From contig JBBIGQ010000005.1 of NCBI GenBank assembly GCA_037447455.1, forward strand, positions 84,888 through 148,887: a stretch of DNA of 64,000 nt. The letters run 5' to 3'. Every line of letters starts with the position of its first letter. Within the stretch, counting starts at the first letter, position 1. Positions 44,941-54,124 of this stretch are shown here, piece by piece. The notes under the pieces are model-generated. The model saw nothing but the letters and a program-made list of their open reading frames with translations. It did no database searches and was not told the DNA's origin. The stretch is from Sphingobacteriaceae bacterium. Lineage in GTDB: Bacteria; Bacteroidota; Bacteroidia; B-17B0; Aurantibacillaceae. The translations under genes were made by a program, and so were the position numbers.

Positions 44941-46548
44941 ATGAAAAAACAGTTGTTTCTATTCGGTTTATGTAGTGGAATGTTTTTCAAAATTAACTAT
45001 TCCCAAAATGTAGGAATTAGTCCTACCGGTGCTGCGCCGCCTGACAACAGTGCAGGTCTTGATGTTGATTTTACCAACAAAGGTTTACTTATTCCACGTG
45101 TGGCATTAACGAGCGCGTCAGATGCCGTTACTATCTCTTCACCGGCCACTTCTCTTTTAGTATATAATACGGGTGCAGGTGGTTTATCCCCCTCTGGCTA
45201 TTATTACAATGCTGGAACACCTGGCGTACCAAACTGGGTGCGCTTGCTTATCACAGGAACTCCCTCTGATGCATGGCTCACACTTGGTAATGCAGGTACA
45301 ACGCCCGGAACACATTTCATGGGTACAACAGATAATGTGGCTTTGGTCTTCAAAACCAATAACATTGAAAGAATGCGGGTGATGGGCAATGGGCAGGTAG
45401 TCGTAAATAATACTACTCCGTTTGCTGGGGATGTGTTTTCTTCATACGCTGCTGGTACAAATGCTGCAATCAATGGATATGCTACCGGTAGCGGAGAAGC
45501 AGTTTATGGACAAAATACAGGGACGGGCTATACGATGGTAGGGATTACAACGAATAATAACCCTGCTGTGTACGGTCAGGGTCCTGCTACAGGTGTATAT
45601 GGCGTAGCAAGCACTAATAATGGTACTGGGTTATTCGGTGTTGGACCTGCCAGTGTTACAGTGGATGGTGTAACTGGAATCGCGGGGCATAATAACGCAA
45701 TGGGCGTTGTTGCTTTCAACTCAAATGCTACAGGAACAGGTTTATTAGCAGGTGGTAATAATGTGGGCATGAATTATCTTACGAGTGGCTCTGCTATTGC
45801 TGCTACAGCAACACAATATGGGATTGTCAGTTATGGAACAAATGCATCAAATGGAAATGGTATATTGGCCTCTGGTAATAATTTAGGGGTTATTGGTTAT
45901 GCAAGTGGAAGTGGGGGGACATTTCAAGGACAAACAGTAGCTGTATATGGGCATGCAGTAGGTTCTGGAAGTGGTACTTTTGGCGGATACTTCGATAATG
46001 GTGGGGGAAACTATGCTTATGTAGGTGGGTTTTTTGGCGGAACAGGGTATAAAATCAACGGATTGGGCAGTGTTTCAACTATTGTTAGAAATACCAAAGG
46101 AGAAATAGTAAACTTGTACTGCCCTGAAGCACCAGAAATTTTGTTTGAAGATTATGGAATTGGGAAATTAGTCAATGGAAAAGCACATATTGATTTGGAT
46201 CCGACATTTGCTAAAAATATCACTGTCAATGACAAACATCCTCTGCGAGTTTTCATTCAGTTAGAAGGTGATTGCAAGGGTGTGTATGTAACGAACAAAA
46301 CACAAAGTGGATTTGATGTGGTGGAATTAAACAATGGTAAATCCAATATTGCATTTTCATGGCATGTTGTAGCGAATAAAGCAGATGAATACGATGAAAA
46401 TGGAAATTTGCTTTCAAAGAATGCGGATATTCGTTTTGGTCCGGCACCTCCCCGACAAATACCAACAGTAGTTGAATCAAAAACAAAAAGCATAAAAGTT
46501 CCCAAAATTCCTTCTATTCAACCTAAAAATGTAAGTCAAGGTAAATAG
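44941..46548 (+). CDS. Secreted glycine-rich repeat protein (beta-solenoid / fibre-like), unknown function
   Basis: 535 aa from ATG 44941 with signal peptide MKKQLFLFGLCSGMFFKINYSQ. N-terminal NVGISPTG..LDV....GLLIPRVALTS module, then ~250 aa of degenerate repeats (AVYGQNTGTGY, GVYGVASTNNGTG, GLLAGGNNVG, GILASGNNLG, AVYGHAVGSGSG), then a non-repetitive C-terminal domain (YCPEAPEILFEDYG...VFIQLEGDCKGVYV). No T9SS CTD. Confidence 0.7.
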   Translation: MKKQLFLFGLCSGMFFKINYSQNVGISPTGAAPPDNSAGLDVDFTNKGLLIPRVALTSASDAVTISSPATSLLVYNTGAGGLSPSGYYYNAGTPGVPNWVRLLITGTPSDAWLTLGNAGTTPGTHFMGTTDNVALVFKTNNIERMRVMGNGQVVVNNTTPFAGDVFSSYAAGTNAAINGYATGSGEAVYGQNTGTGYTMVGITTNNNPAVYGQGPATGVYGVASTNNGTGLFGVGPASVTVDGVTGIAGHNNAMGVVAFNSNATGTGLLAGGNNVGMNYLTSGSAIAATATQYGIVSYGTNASNGNGILASGNNLGVIGYASGSGGTFQGQTVAVYGHAVGSGSGTFGGYFDNGGGNYAYVGGFFGGTGYKINGLGSVSTIVRNTKGEIVNLYCPEAPEILFEDYGIGKLVNGKAHIDLDPTFAKNITVNDKHPLRVFIQLEGDCKGVYVTNKTQSGFDVVELNNGKSNIAFSWHVVANKADEYDENGNLLSKNADIRFGPAPPRQIPTVVESKTKSIKVPKIPSIQPKNVSQGK

Positions 46549-46579
46549 TTCATTGTTTTACAAAAATAAAAAATTGTAA

Positions 46580-46612
46580 AAGGGCAAATCGTTAGATTTG
46601 CCCTTATTTTTT
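46580..46612 (+). terminator. Rho-independent terminator after the Gly-rich protein gene
   Basis: AAGGGCAAATC (46580-46590), loop GTTA, GATTTGCCCTT (46595-46605), then ATTTTTT to 46612. Confidence 0.75.
46593..46600 (+). promoter_or_regulatory. Candidate -7 box (TAGATTTG) embedded in the terminator hairpin, upstream of the amidohydrolase gene
   Basis: Exact TAnnTTTG, 13 nt before the ATG at 46614. It overlaps the loop and 3' arm of the 46580-46605 hairpin. Confidence 0.3.
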
Positions 46613-46613
46613 A

Positions 46614-47780
46614 ATGGAACGGATTATAAAAGTTGATAAAATTTTTGATGGGGAAAAGTTTATTGAAGAAAATACTATTGTAATACACGAAAGTAAAATT
46701 GTAGATTTGTATTATTCAGTTGATAATGATAATAGATTTGAATATTATGAAGGAATGCTTGTGCCGGGGTTTGTAAATACTCATTGTCATTTAGAATTGA
46801 GTTATCTACAGAATCAATTTGAACATAGTAAAGGACTTTTAGGATTTATAAAACAAATGTTTGAAAAAAGAAATTTATTCAGCGAAGAGGAAATTATTAC
46901 ACAAGCAGAGTATTGGGATAAAAAAATGCAGGAAAATGGAATTGTGGTCGTGGGGGATATTGTGAATACCTTATATACCTTGGATATTAAATTAAATAGC
47001 CCGATACATTATGTGAATTTTATTGAGATATTTGGCTTGTTATCAGACAAAGCAGAAGATATTTTTCAAAAAGCAAAAGAAATAAGAGATATTTTTTTAA
47101 ATCAAGGACTTCCTGCATTTTTAGTAGCCCATACACCGTATAGTTTGTCTCATCCATTATGGCAAAGAATACTCACGGCCTATAAAAACGATAAAAGGTC
47201 ATTCATTAGTTCTATGCATTTTATGGAAAGTTCGGACGAGATTAATTTTTTGAAGAATCAAAATTCCGAAATGAGAAGTTTTTTTGAAAAAGAAATAAAC
47301 ATAAATCATAAAGAGATTTTACACTTAATTAATAATTTTGAAGATTGTTTCCAGCAATTAATAGAAAATGCTAAGTCCATTATTTTAGTACATAATACTT
47401 TTTGGAAAGGGGAATATGAAAGAATTTTTAATACTTTCAAGGATAAAATTTTCTTTTGTTTATGTCCAAATGCGAATTTGTTGATTGAAGGACGACTTCC
47501 TGATATTGATTTTATTGGCTCATACACGGAAAATATTTGCATTGGAACAGATAGTTTAGCTTCTAATTTTAATTTAAGCATTATTGATGAAATAAATGCA
47601 TTGCTTTCTAATTTTTCTAAATTATCTATTGAAAGCGTCTTGAAATGGGCTACTTCCAATGGCGCCAAAGCACTCCATCTGGATACAAAAATAGGATATA
47701 TTCGAAAGAATTATTCTTTACCATTAAACATTATTGAAATTAATGATAGAAAGATTTTACAGAAAGTGGTCATAAAATAA
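46614..47780 (+). CDS. Amidohydrolase family metallo-hydrolase (deaminase-like)
   Basis: 388 aa. PGFVNTHCHLELS carries the HxH metal motif. Later LVHNTF and GTDSLASN match the amidohydrolase superfamily pattern. Substrate not inferable. Confidence 0.8.
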   Translation: MERIIKVDKIFDGEKFIEENTIVIHESKIVDLYYSVDNDNRFEYYEGMLVPGFVNTHCHLELSYLQNQFEHSKGLLGFIKQMFEKRNLFSEEEIITQAEYWDKKMQENGIVVVGDIVNTLYTLDIKLNSPIHYVNFIEIFGLLSDKAEDIFQKAKEIRDIFLNQGLPAFLVAHTPYSLSHPLWQRILTAYKNDKRSFISSMHFMESSDEINFLKNQNSEMRSFFEKEININHKEILHLINNFEDCFQQLIENAKSIILVHNTFWKGEYERIFNTFKDKIFFCLCPNANLLIEGRLPDIDFIGSYTENICIGTDSLASNFNLSIIDEINALLSNFSKLSIESVLKWATSNGAKALHLDTKIGYIRKNYSLPLNIIEINDRKILQKVVIK

Positions 47781-47809
47781 TTAAGCCCAACATTGAGTTG
47801 GGCTTAATT
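47779..47809. terminator. Bidirectional hairpin between the convergent amidohydrolase and rplI genes
   Basis: AATTAAGCCCAAC (47779-47791), loop ATTGA, GTTGGGCTTAATT (47797-47809). On the minus strand it is followed by a T-rich TTATTTTAT. Confidence 0.6.
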
Positions 47810-47837
47810 GCAAGTAAGTAGTATTTATTGATAAAGA

Positions 47838-48284
47838 TTATTCAATCACTACTTCAAAATTTATTTCAGTAATAATATCTTTGTAGAGTTTTACTTTTGC
47901 CTTGTAGGTTCCTAATGTTTTAATATGTTCTTCTGCCAGAGTAATGGATTTTCTATCAACATTAAATCCCTGTTCCTGGAGGACTTGAGCAATTTGAATA
48001 GTAGTAATGGAACCAAAAATTTTGCCATTTTCCCCTGATTTGGCAGCAATTTTAAGCACAAGGGCAGAAAGTTTGGAAGCATTTTCTCGTGCTTCTTTTC
48101 TGATTTTTTCTTCTTTGTGTTGTTTTTGCTTTACCAGTTCAGCGTTCATTTTTTTGGCGCTTTCAGTGGCTTCAATGGCTAATCCTTTAGGGATAAGATA
48201 GTTTCGTGCATAGCCGGGTTTTACGTTGACTACATCATACTTATACCCTAAATTATTCACATCTTGCTGTAAAATGATTTCCAT
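47838..48284 (-). CDS. rplI: 50S ribosomal protein L9
   Basis: 148 aa. N-terminus MEIILQQDVNNLGYKYDVVNVKPGYARNYLIPKGLA is the L9 signature. Confidence 0.95.
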   Translation of the reverse strand: MEIILQQDVNNLGYKYDVVNVKPGYARNYLIPKGLAIEATESAKKMNAELVKQKQHKEEKIRKEARENASKLSALVLKIAAKSGENGKIFGSITTIQIAQVLQEQGFNVDRKSITLAEEHIKTLGTYKAKVKLYKDIITEINFEVVIE

Positions 48285-48313
48285 ATCTTTAGTTTTTAAT
48301 GAGAGTTTAAAGA

Positions 48314-48586
48314 TTATTTAAGTAAATCGGTTGAAAATGGTAGTAATGCTAAATGTCTTGCTCTTTTGATGGCTTGTGCTAATCTTTTTTGATATTTTAA
48401 TGAAGTTCCTGTAATTCTACGGGGTAAAATTTTACCTTGCTCGTTTACAAATCTCAATAAAAAATCCGGGTCTTTGTAATCAATGTACTTAATACCATTT
48501 TTAGTGAACCAACAAAACTTTTTTTTCTTTTCTTTTACTTCAATGTTTAAGGGGTTTAAATATCTGATTTCTGAATCTGCGCTCAT
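48314..48586 (-). CDS. rpsR: 30S ribosomal protein S18
   Basis: 90 aa with [49 protein letters not shown]. Confidence 0.95.
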   Translation of the reverse strand: MSADSEIRYLNPLNIEVKEKKKKFCWFTKNGIKYIDYKDPDFLLRFVNEQGKILPRRITGTSLKYQKRLAQAIKRARHLALLPFSTDLLK

Positions 48587-48617
48587 AGTTTTAATTTTTT
48601 TAATTTATTATTTTACA

Positions 48618-49022
48618 CTAAATATCTTCTTCTTTTACTTTTTTAGTAATTGTTCTTTTTTTCTTAGAGGAAGTGATAGCAGAAGAGGACTTCATTTTGG
48701 CTTTTCTTTTTTCTGAATACTCAATAGCGTATTTATCCATTGCTACTGTTAAGTAACGAAGCACTCTTTCATCTCTTTTTAAGAATACTTCCAGATCTTT
48801 TACAATAGTAGGCGCATCGGAAGTAAATTCATACAGGAAATAAAAACCTGTTGATTTTTTTTGAATGGGATAAGCTAATTTTCTTAATCCCCATACTTCT
48901 TCGTGAAGCATTTTGGCTTTTTGTTGTTTTAAAAATTGTCCAACTTTTTTGGCGGCCTCCTTTGCCTGTTCTTCAGACAAAACGGGAGTTAAAATGAAGA
49001 CCGTTTCATAACGTTTTTCCAT
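48618..49022 (-). CDS. rpsF: 30S ribosomal protein S6 (with K/S-rich C-terminal tail)
   Basis: 134 aa. N-terminus YETVFILTP, then [10 protein letters not shown]. The last ~35 residues are basic low complexity. Confidence 0.93.
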   Translation of the reverse strand: MEKRYETVFILTPVLSEEQAKEAAKKVGQFLKQQKAKMLHEEVWGLRKLAYPIQKKSTGFYFLYEFTSDAPTIVKDLEVFLKRDERVLRYLTVAMDKYAIEYSEKRKAKMKSSSAITSSKKKRTITKKVKEEDI

Positions 49023-49041
49023 AAAAAATTTTTAAGGGGTG

Positions 49042-49049
49042 CAAATGTA
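49042..49049 (-). promoter_or_regulatory. Candidate -7 box (TACATTTG) for rpsF-rpsR-rplI
   Basis: The reverse complement of caaatgta is TACATTTG, followed by CACCCCTTAAAAATTTTTT and then the ATG at 49022. Confidence 0.45.
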
Positions 49050-49318
49050 TGAATTTTATTTTTTTTCTGCAAAATTTATTTTTGTATACAACACAACGTA
49101 ATACACACTTACACTTTTATCAAATAGGAGGTTGGCAGTAAAAAACAGAATTATTCCTAAATACAGAACAGCACATTGGAGTAAACTTTAATCTTCAAAA
49201 TAATATTCAGAATAGATTTAGGGTGGGTATTATTTTTATTTTTGTCAAAAACTATCGTTTTTATCTGGAATAACTATAATTTTTGTTAAACCGTTTTATT
49301 ATCTAATTTGTTATTTTC

Positions 49319-49326
49319 TATATTTG
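49319..49326 (+). promoter_or_regulatory. Candidate -7 box (TATATTTG) for the small membrane ORF / RND operon
   Basis: Exact consensus followed by CCCGCC. The ATG at 49336 is 9 nt after the box. The track's TTG start (49324) falls inside the box. Confidence 0.4.
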
Positions 49327-49335
49327 CCCGCCTCA

Positions 49336-49689
49336 ATGAAATGCAAGTTTATTCATAAGTTCTTTGCACTTTTTATTACTGTTGTTATTTTAATATCTTA
49401 CTTTTTTAATACATATCAATCCATTCGTTATTTTAGTTTAGAAAGTACGGATGCAGGTTATACTCAGGTTTATCATTCTAAATATTCAGCTGCATTAGAA
49501 GGTTTAAATTTTATATCTGATAATGAAGAAGAAAGCAATTTGTTACAATTTGCCCAGATTTTTATAATAATAGCTTCGTTTGTATTCATCGCATATTATA
49601 CATTTGTCAATAAAGTATATTTTTCTCTTCAACTAATTCGTTTATCCAAGCGTCCTTTATTCCTGATGATTCGGCAATTCAGGAATTAG
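49336..49689 (+). CDS. Hypothetical small two-TM membrane protein upstream of the HAE1-type RND operon
   Basis: 117 aa from ATG 49336 with TM segments FFALFITVVILISYFF and FAQIFIIIASFVFIAYYTF. No family recognised. Coding status uncertain. Confidence 0.4.
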   Translation: MKCKFIHKFFALFITVVILISYFFNTYQSIRYFSLESTDAGYTQVYHSKYSAALEGLNFISDNEEESNLLQFAQIFIIIASFVFIAYYTFVNKVYFSLQLIRLSKRPLFLMIRQFRN

Positions 49690-49767
49690 TAGTTGTTTTT
49701 CTACACATAGTTTTTCATTTTATTTATTCATTATTAACTATCATTAATAATTAAAATCCTATTTTGT

Positions 49768-50856
49768 ATGATTAAACCTATTTTCATTACAACATTTTCA
49801 TTGATTGCAGGGATTGTAACAAGTTCCTGTCATCAGGAGCATCAGGAAGAAGAAGAGGTTATTTTTCAAATCACTTCGCCCTTAAAAAAAGATACCACTA
49901 TTTCACGAGAGTATGTGTGTGTTATTAAAGCGTATCAACACACGGAAATTCGGGCGCTGGAAAAAGGGTATTTGCAAAAAATCTATGTTGACGAAGGTAA
50001 GCTGGTAAAACAAGGACAGGTGATGTTTCAGTTGTTACCAATTGTATATCAGGCCGAGCGACAAAGAGCAGCCGCAGAAGTGAATTATGCAGAAGTAGAA
50101 TATCAAAACGCTCAGCAACTGGCCGAAAAAAATGTCATTTCTCCAAACGAATTGGCATTGGCTAAAGCGAAGTTAGAAAAAGCCAAAGCAGAATTGGCGC
50201 TGGCAGAAGCACATTTGAAATTCACGGAGATTGTTGCACCATTTGATGGATTGATGGATAAATTCAATGTTCGTCTTGGCGCACTACTGGCTGAAGGAGA
50301 GGTGTTGACCACGCTTTCTGACATCAGTAAATTGTGGGTTTATTTCAATGTTCCGGAACCAGAATACCTTGACTTTAAAAAGCATTTTAACTCAGATAGT
50401 TCTATCTCTGTACGATTAAGAATGGCGAACGGAGAATTATTTCAATATAAAGGTGTAATAGAAACCATTGAAGCCGACTTTGATAATGAAACCGGGAATA
50501 TCGCTTTTCGTGCGGGATTCCCTAATCCTGACAGATTGTTGAGGCACGGAGAAACAGGCAATATCATTCTCACATTTCCATACAAAAATGCTATTTTAGT
50601 TCCACAAAAAGCCACTTATGAAATCCTTGAGAAAAAATTTGTATATGTGGTGGATAAAAACAATGTAGTGCACGCCCGTGAGGTTGAAATAGCAGGTGAA
50701 TTACAAGATTTGTTTATTATCAAGAGTGGATTATCAGAAAAGGAGCGCATTGTATTAGAAGGTATCCGAAAATTAAAAGATGGGGATAAACTCAAAGAGT
50801 TTAAATACATTGAACCGGCTAAGGTGTACAATAACTTAAAAGTGTATGCTGAATAA
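49768..50856 (+). CDS. Efflux RND periplasmic adaptor subunit (AcrA/MexA-like)
   Basis: 362 aa with a lipoprotein-like N-terminus (GIVTSSC), a coiled-coil AERQRAAAEVNYAEVEYQNAQQL...LAKAKLEKAKAELALAEAHL, and TEIVAPFDGLM. Confidence 0.9.
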   Translation: MIKPIFITTFSLIAGIVTSSCHQEHQEEEEVIFQITSPLKKDTTISREYVCVIKAYQHTEIRALEKGYLQKIYVDEGKLVKQGQVMFQLLPIVYQAERQRAAAEVNYAEVEYQNAQQLAEKNVISPNELALAKAKLEKAKAELALAEAHLKFTEIVAPFDGLMDKFNVRLGALLAEGEVLTTLSDISKLWVYFNVPEPEYLDFKKHFNSDSSISVRLRMANGELFQYKGVIETIEADFDNETGNIAFRAGFPNPDRLLRHGETGNIILTFPYKNAILVPQKATYEILEKKFVYVVDKNNVVHAREVEIAGELQDLFIIKSGLSEKERIVLEGIRKLKDGDKLKEFKYIEPAKVYNNLKVYAE

Positions 50857-50873
50857 TTTCAAAAAAGAAAATT

Positions 50874-53800
50874 ATGTTTAGTAAATTCTTACATCGTCCA
50901 GTTTTAGCCATTGTTTTGTCCATCGTCATTGTGTTTGTGGGATTAATTTCTATTAAGACCACGCCAACTTCTCAATTCCCGAATATTACACCGCCGATGG
51001 TGATTGTTCGTGCTTCTTATCCCGGGGCGAGTGCCAAAGTATTGACAGAGTCGGTATTGATACCGTTGGAACAAGCCATCAACGGCGTGCCCGGTATGCG
51101 CTATATGTTGTCGGATGCTACGAGTGCCGGCGAAGCCAATATCCGTGTGATTTTTAATTTGGGCGTCGACCCGGGAGATGCTGTGGTGAATGTGAATAAC
51201 CGGGTAATGGCTGTATTAAATCGCTTGCCGATTCTTGTACAACGGGAAGGGGTGATTGTAACACCGTTAATTCCCAGTATGTTGATGAACATCAATGTTT
51301 ACAGTACCGATCCGAACGCCAACATGCGTTATTTATTTAATTATGCGTATGTAAAAATGCTGCCGGAGTTGCAACGTATCAATGGAATAGGGCAGGGGAT
51401 AACGCTGAGTAGTCGTCAGTATGCCATGAGAATATGGTTAAAGCCCGATAGAATGCGTGCATACAATATCTCGCCCGAAGAAGTGATGGAAGCGCTTTCG
51501 GAACAAAGTATTATTGGAACACCGGGACGCTTAGGGAGAGCAGATGGTTACAAATCCCAATCGTTAGAATATGTATTAACTTATGTAGGACGTTTTAATA
51601 AACCGGAGCAGTACAAAGATGTGATTATTCGTTCGAATGCTAATGGAGAATTAATTAAATTGAAAGACATTGCGGACGTAGAACTGGGCAGTGAGTATTA
51701 TGATATTTATTCCAGTATTAGCATTGCCGGAAAGAATTATCCTTGTGCATCTATTGTCTTAAAGCAGGCCTACGGGGCTAATGCAAGTGAAACCATTAAA
51801 CGGGTAAAGGAAAAATTAAAAGAAATGGAAAAAGATTTACCACCGGGCATGCATTATGAATTAACGTACGATGTATCCAAGTTTTTGGACGCATCTATGG
51901 AAAGTGTATTGCATACCTTACGGGACGCTTTTATTCTCGTGGCTTTGGTGGTGCTGTTATTTTTAGGTGATTGGCGTTCTACCTTTGTTCCTATTCTTGC
52001 TGTGCCAGTATCTTTGATTGGGGCCTTCTTATTTGTCAACATTTTTGGTTTGACTATTAATATGATCACATTGTTTTCAATAGTGTTGGCAATAGGAATT
52101 GTGGTAGATGATGCTATAGTGGTGGTTGAAGCCGTACACGCCAAGTTGGAACAATATCCTAACATTTCAGTATATAAAGCCGTTCAGCTGGTATTAGGAG
52201 AAATTTCCGGAGCGATTATTGCTATCACATTAATAATGGCTTCTGTTTTTATCCCTATTGGATTTATGTCAGGTCCTGTAGGTATTTTTTACAAGCAATT
52301 TTCTGTAACAATGGCTTCTTCTATTATGTTATCTGCACTTGTTGCTTTAACATTAACTCCTGTTTTAAGTGCTATAATATTAAAACGACATCCAGCTAAT
52401 CAACATTCAAGAAATGTTCTTCAACTTTTTATAGATTCATTCAATCATTTATTTTCAAAGTTATTAGATAAATATATTGGAATAATAAAAAAAATTGTTC
52501 ACAGAAAATGGATTACAGTTTCGATTTTAATCTTTATCGCTGGTTTGTTATATTTAGTAACCAATCACATGCCTTCTGGTTTTATTCCCGGTGAGGATCA
52601 AGGAATGATTTATGTGATTGTACAAACACCACCTGGTTCAACTTTGGAAAGAACGTATGATATCAGTAGAAAGTTGCAGGATATTATTTCAAAAATACCG
52701 GAAGTCCAATCAGTAGCCAGCTATGCCGGATATGAAGTCCTTACTGAGGGACGTGGTTCGAATGCCGGTACCTGTATGATCAATCTTAAACCGTGGGACA
52801 AAAGAAATCGAACGGTCAAAGAAATTATTGAAGAACTGAAAACGAAGGTGAAAGATTTTCCTGGTGCAACGATTGAATTTTTTGAACCGCCGCCAGTTCC
52901 TGGCTACGGTGCAGCCGGTGGTTTTGCCTTGCAATTATTAGATAAAACGAATACCGGCGATTACAAATCATTGGAAAAAGTAACCAATGAATTTTTGGAT
53001 GAACTAAAAGAGCGAAAAGAAATTACTGGCTTGTTTACTTTTTATTCCGCTAACTATCCGCAATATGAAATCATCATTGACAATAATCTTGCTATGCAAA
53101 AAGGAGTTTTTATTAATGACATTATGAACACACTTTCCATATTCATTGGAAGTACTTATGAATTGGGTTTTATTAAATATCAGTGGTATTTCAAAGTATT
53201 TGTGCAAGCACATCCGAAGTATCGCAGTATGCCCACCGATTTAAAGGACATTTATGTAAAAAATAAGTACGATAAGATGCTGGCATTGTCTTCTTTGGTA
53301 AAAATCCGTAAGTTGCAGGATGCAAATGAAATCAATCGTTACAATTTGTATCCGACGGCTTCTATTCGTGGAGAGCCAGCCCGGGGGTACAGTAGTGGCG
53401 AAGTGATGGAAATTATTAAGGAAGTTGCTCAAAAAACCTTGCCCAGAGGGTATGATATTGATTGGTCCTTCCTTTCTAAGGATGAAGCAGAACGGGGTAA
53501 TGAGGCCTTGTATATTTTCTTAATTGCGGTAACTTTTGTATATCTGGTATTGGCTGCACAGTATGAAAGCTTTATACTTCCGTTGTCGGTATTAGTTTCT
53601 GTTTTACCTGGAATTTTTGGCGCTTTCTTTTTGGTACGTGCTACCGGATTGGAAAATGATATTTATACACAGGTTTCATTAATTATGCTGGTGGGTTTAC
53701 TTGGAAAAAATGCAGTGTTGATAGTGGAGTTTGCCAATCAAAAACATAAATTAGAAGGAATGAGTATTCTGGATGCCGCTGTAGAAGGTGCCCGTATTCG

Positions 53801-54113
53801 CTTCCGCCCTATTGTGATGACTTCATTTGCCTTTGTAGCGGGTTTAATCCCATTAGCATTGGCAAAAGGGGCGGGCGCTATTGGTAATAAAACCATAGGT
53901 TTTGCATCGTTAGGTGGTATGCTATTTGGAACGATATTGGGAGTGATATTGATTCCGGGTATTTATTATATTTTTGGAAAATGGGCAGAAGGTAGACAAT
54001 TGATTAAAAAAGAAGAAGAGACCGCACTTTCAGAAGCATTTGTGCATAGTGTGGATAACTTCCCTGTAGATGAGGATGATGGTGAAAATTCAAATTCTTC
54101 CACTCAAAATTAA
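50874..54113 (+). CDS. Efflux RND transporter permease (HAE1 / AcrB-like)
   Basis: 1079 aa. N-terminus FSKFLHRPVLAIVLSIVIVFVGL, then VLAIGIVVDDAIVVVEAV and LVGLLGKNAVLIVEFAN. Confidence 0.95.
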   Translation: MFSKFLHRPVLAIVLSIVIVFVGLISIKTTPTSQFPNITPPMVIVRASYPGASAKVLTESVLIPLEQAINGVPGMRYMLSDATSAGEANIRVIFNLGVDPGDAVVNVNNRVMAVLNRLPILVQREGVIVTPLIPSMLMNINVYSTDPNANMRYLFNYAYVKMLPELQRINGIGQGITLSSRQYAMRIWLKPDRMRAYNISPEEVMEALSEQSIIGTPGRLGRADGYKSQSLEYVLTYVGRFNKPEQYKDVIIRSNANGELIKLKDIADVELGSEYYDIYSSISIAGKNYPCASIVLKQAYGANASETIKRVKEKLKEMEKDLPPGMHYELTYDVSKFLDASMESVLHTLRDAFILVALVVLLFLGDWRSTFVPILAVPVSLIGAFLFVNIFGLTINMITLFSIVLAIGIVVDDAIVVVEAVHAKLEQYPNISVYKAVQLVLGEISGAIIAITLIMASVFIPIGFMSGPVGIFYKQFSVTMASSIMLSALVALTLTPVLSAIILKRHPANQHSRNVLQLFIDSFNHLFSKLLDKYIGIIKKIVHRKWITVSILIFIAGLLYLVTNHMPSGFIPGEDQGMIYVIVQTPPGSTLERTYDISRKLQDIISKIPEVQSVASYAGYEVLTEGRGSNAGTCMINLKPWDKRNRTVKEIIEELKTKVKDFPGATIEFFEPPPVPGYGAAGGFALQLLDKTNTGDYKSLEKVTNEFLDELKERKEITGLFTFYSANYPQYEIIIDNNLAMQKGVFINDIMNTLSIFIGSTYELGFIKYQWYFKVFVQAHPKYRSMPTDLKDIYVKNKYDKMLALSSLVKIRKLQDANEINRYNLYPTASIRGEPARGYSSGEVMEIIKEVAQKTLPRGYDIDWSFLSKDEAERGNEALYIFLIAVTFVYLVLAAQYESFILPLSVLVSVLPGIFGAFFLVRATGLENDIYTQVSLIMLVGLLGKNAVLIVEFANQKHKLEGMSILDAAVEGARIRFRPIVMTSFAFVAGLIPLALAKGAGAIGNKTIGFASLGGMLFGTILGVILIPGIYYIFGKWAEGRQLIKKEEETALSEAFVHSVDNFPVDEDDGENSNSSTQN

Positions 54114-54124
54114 AATTAACCTCT

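Noticed and set aside
45173-45770. Overlapping ORFs on both strands within the Gly-rich protein gene
   Set aside because: The locally GC-rich repeat region suppresses stop codons in alternative frames. The main frame has a signal peptide, promoter and terminator.
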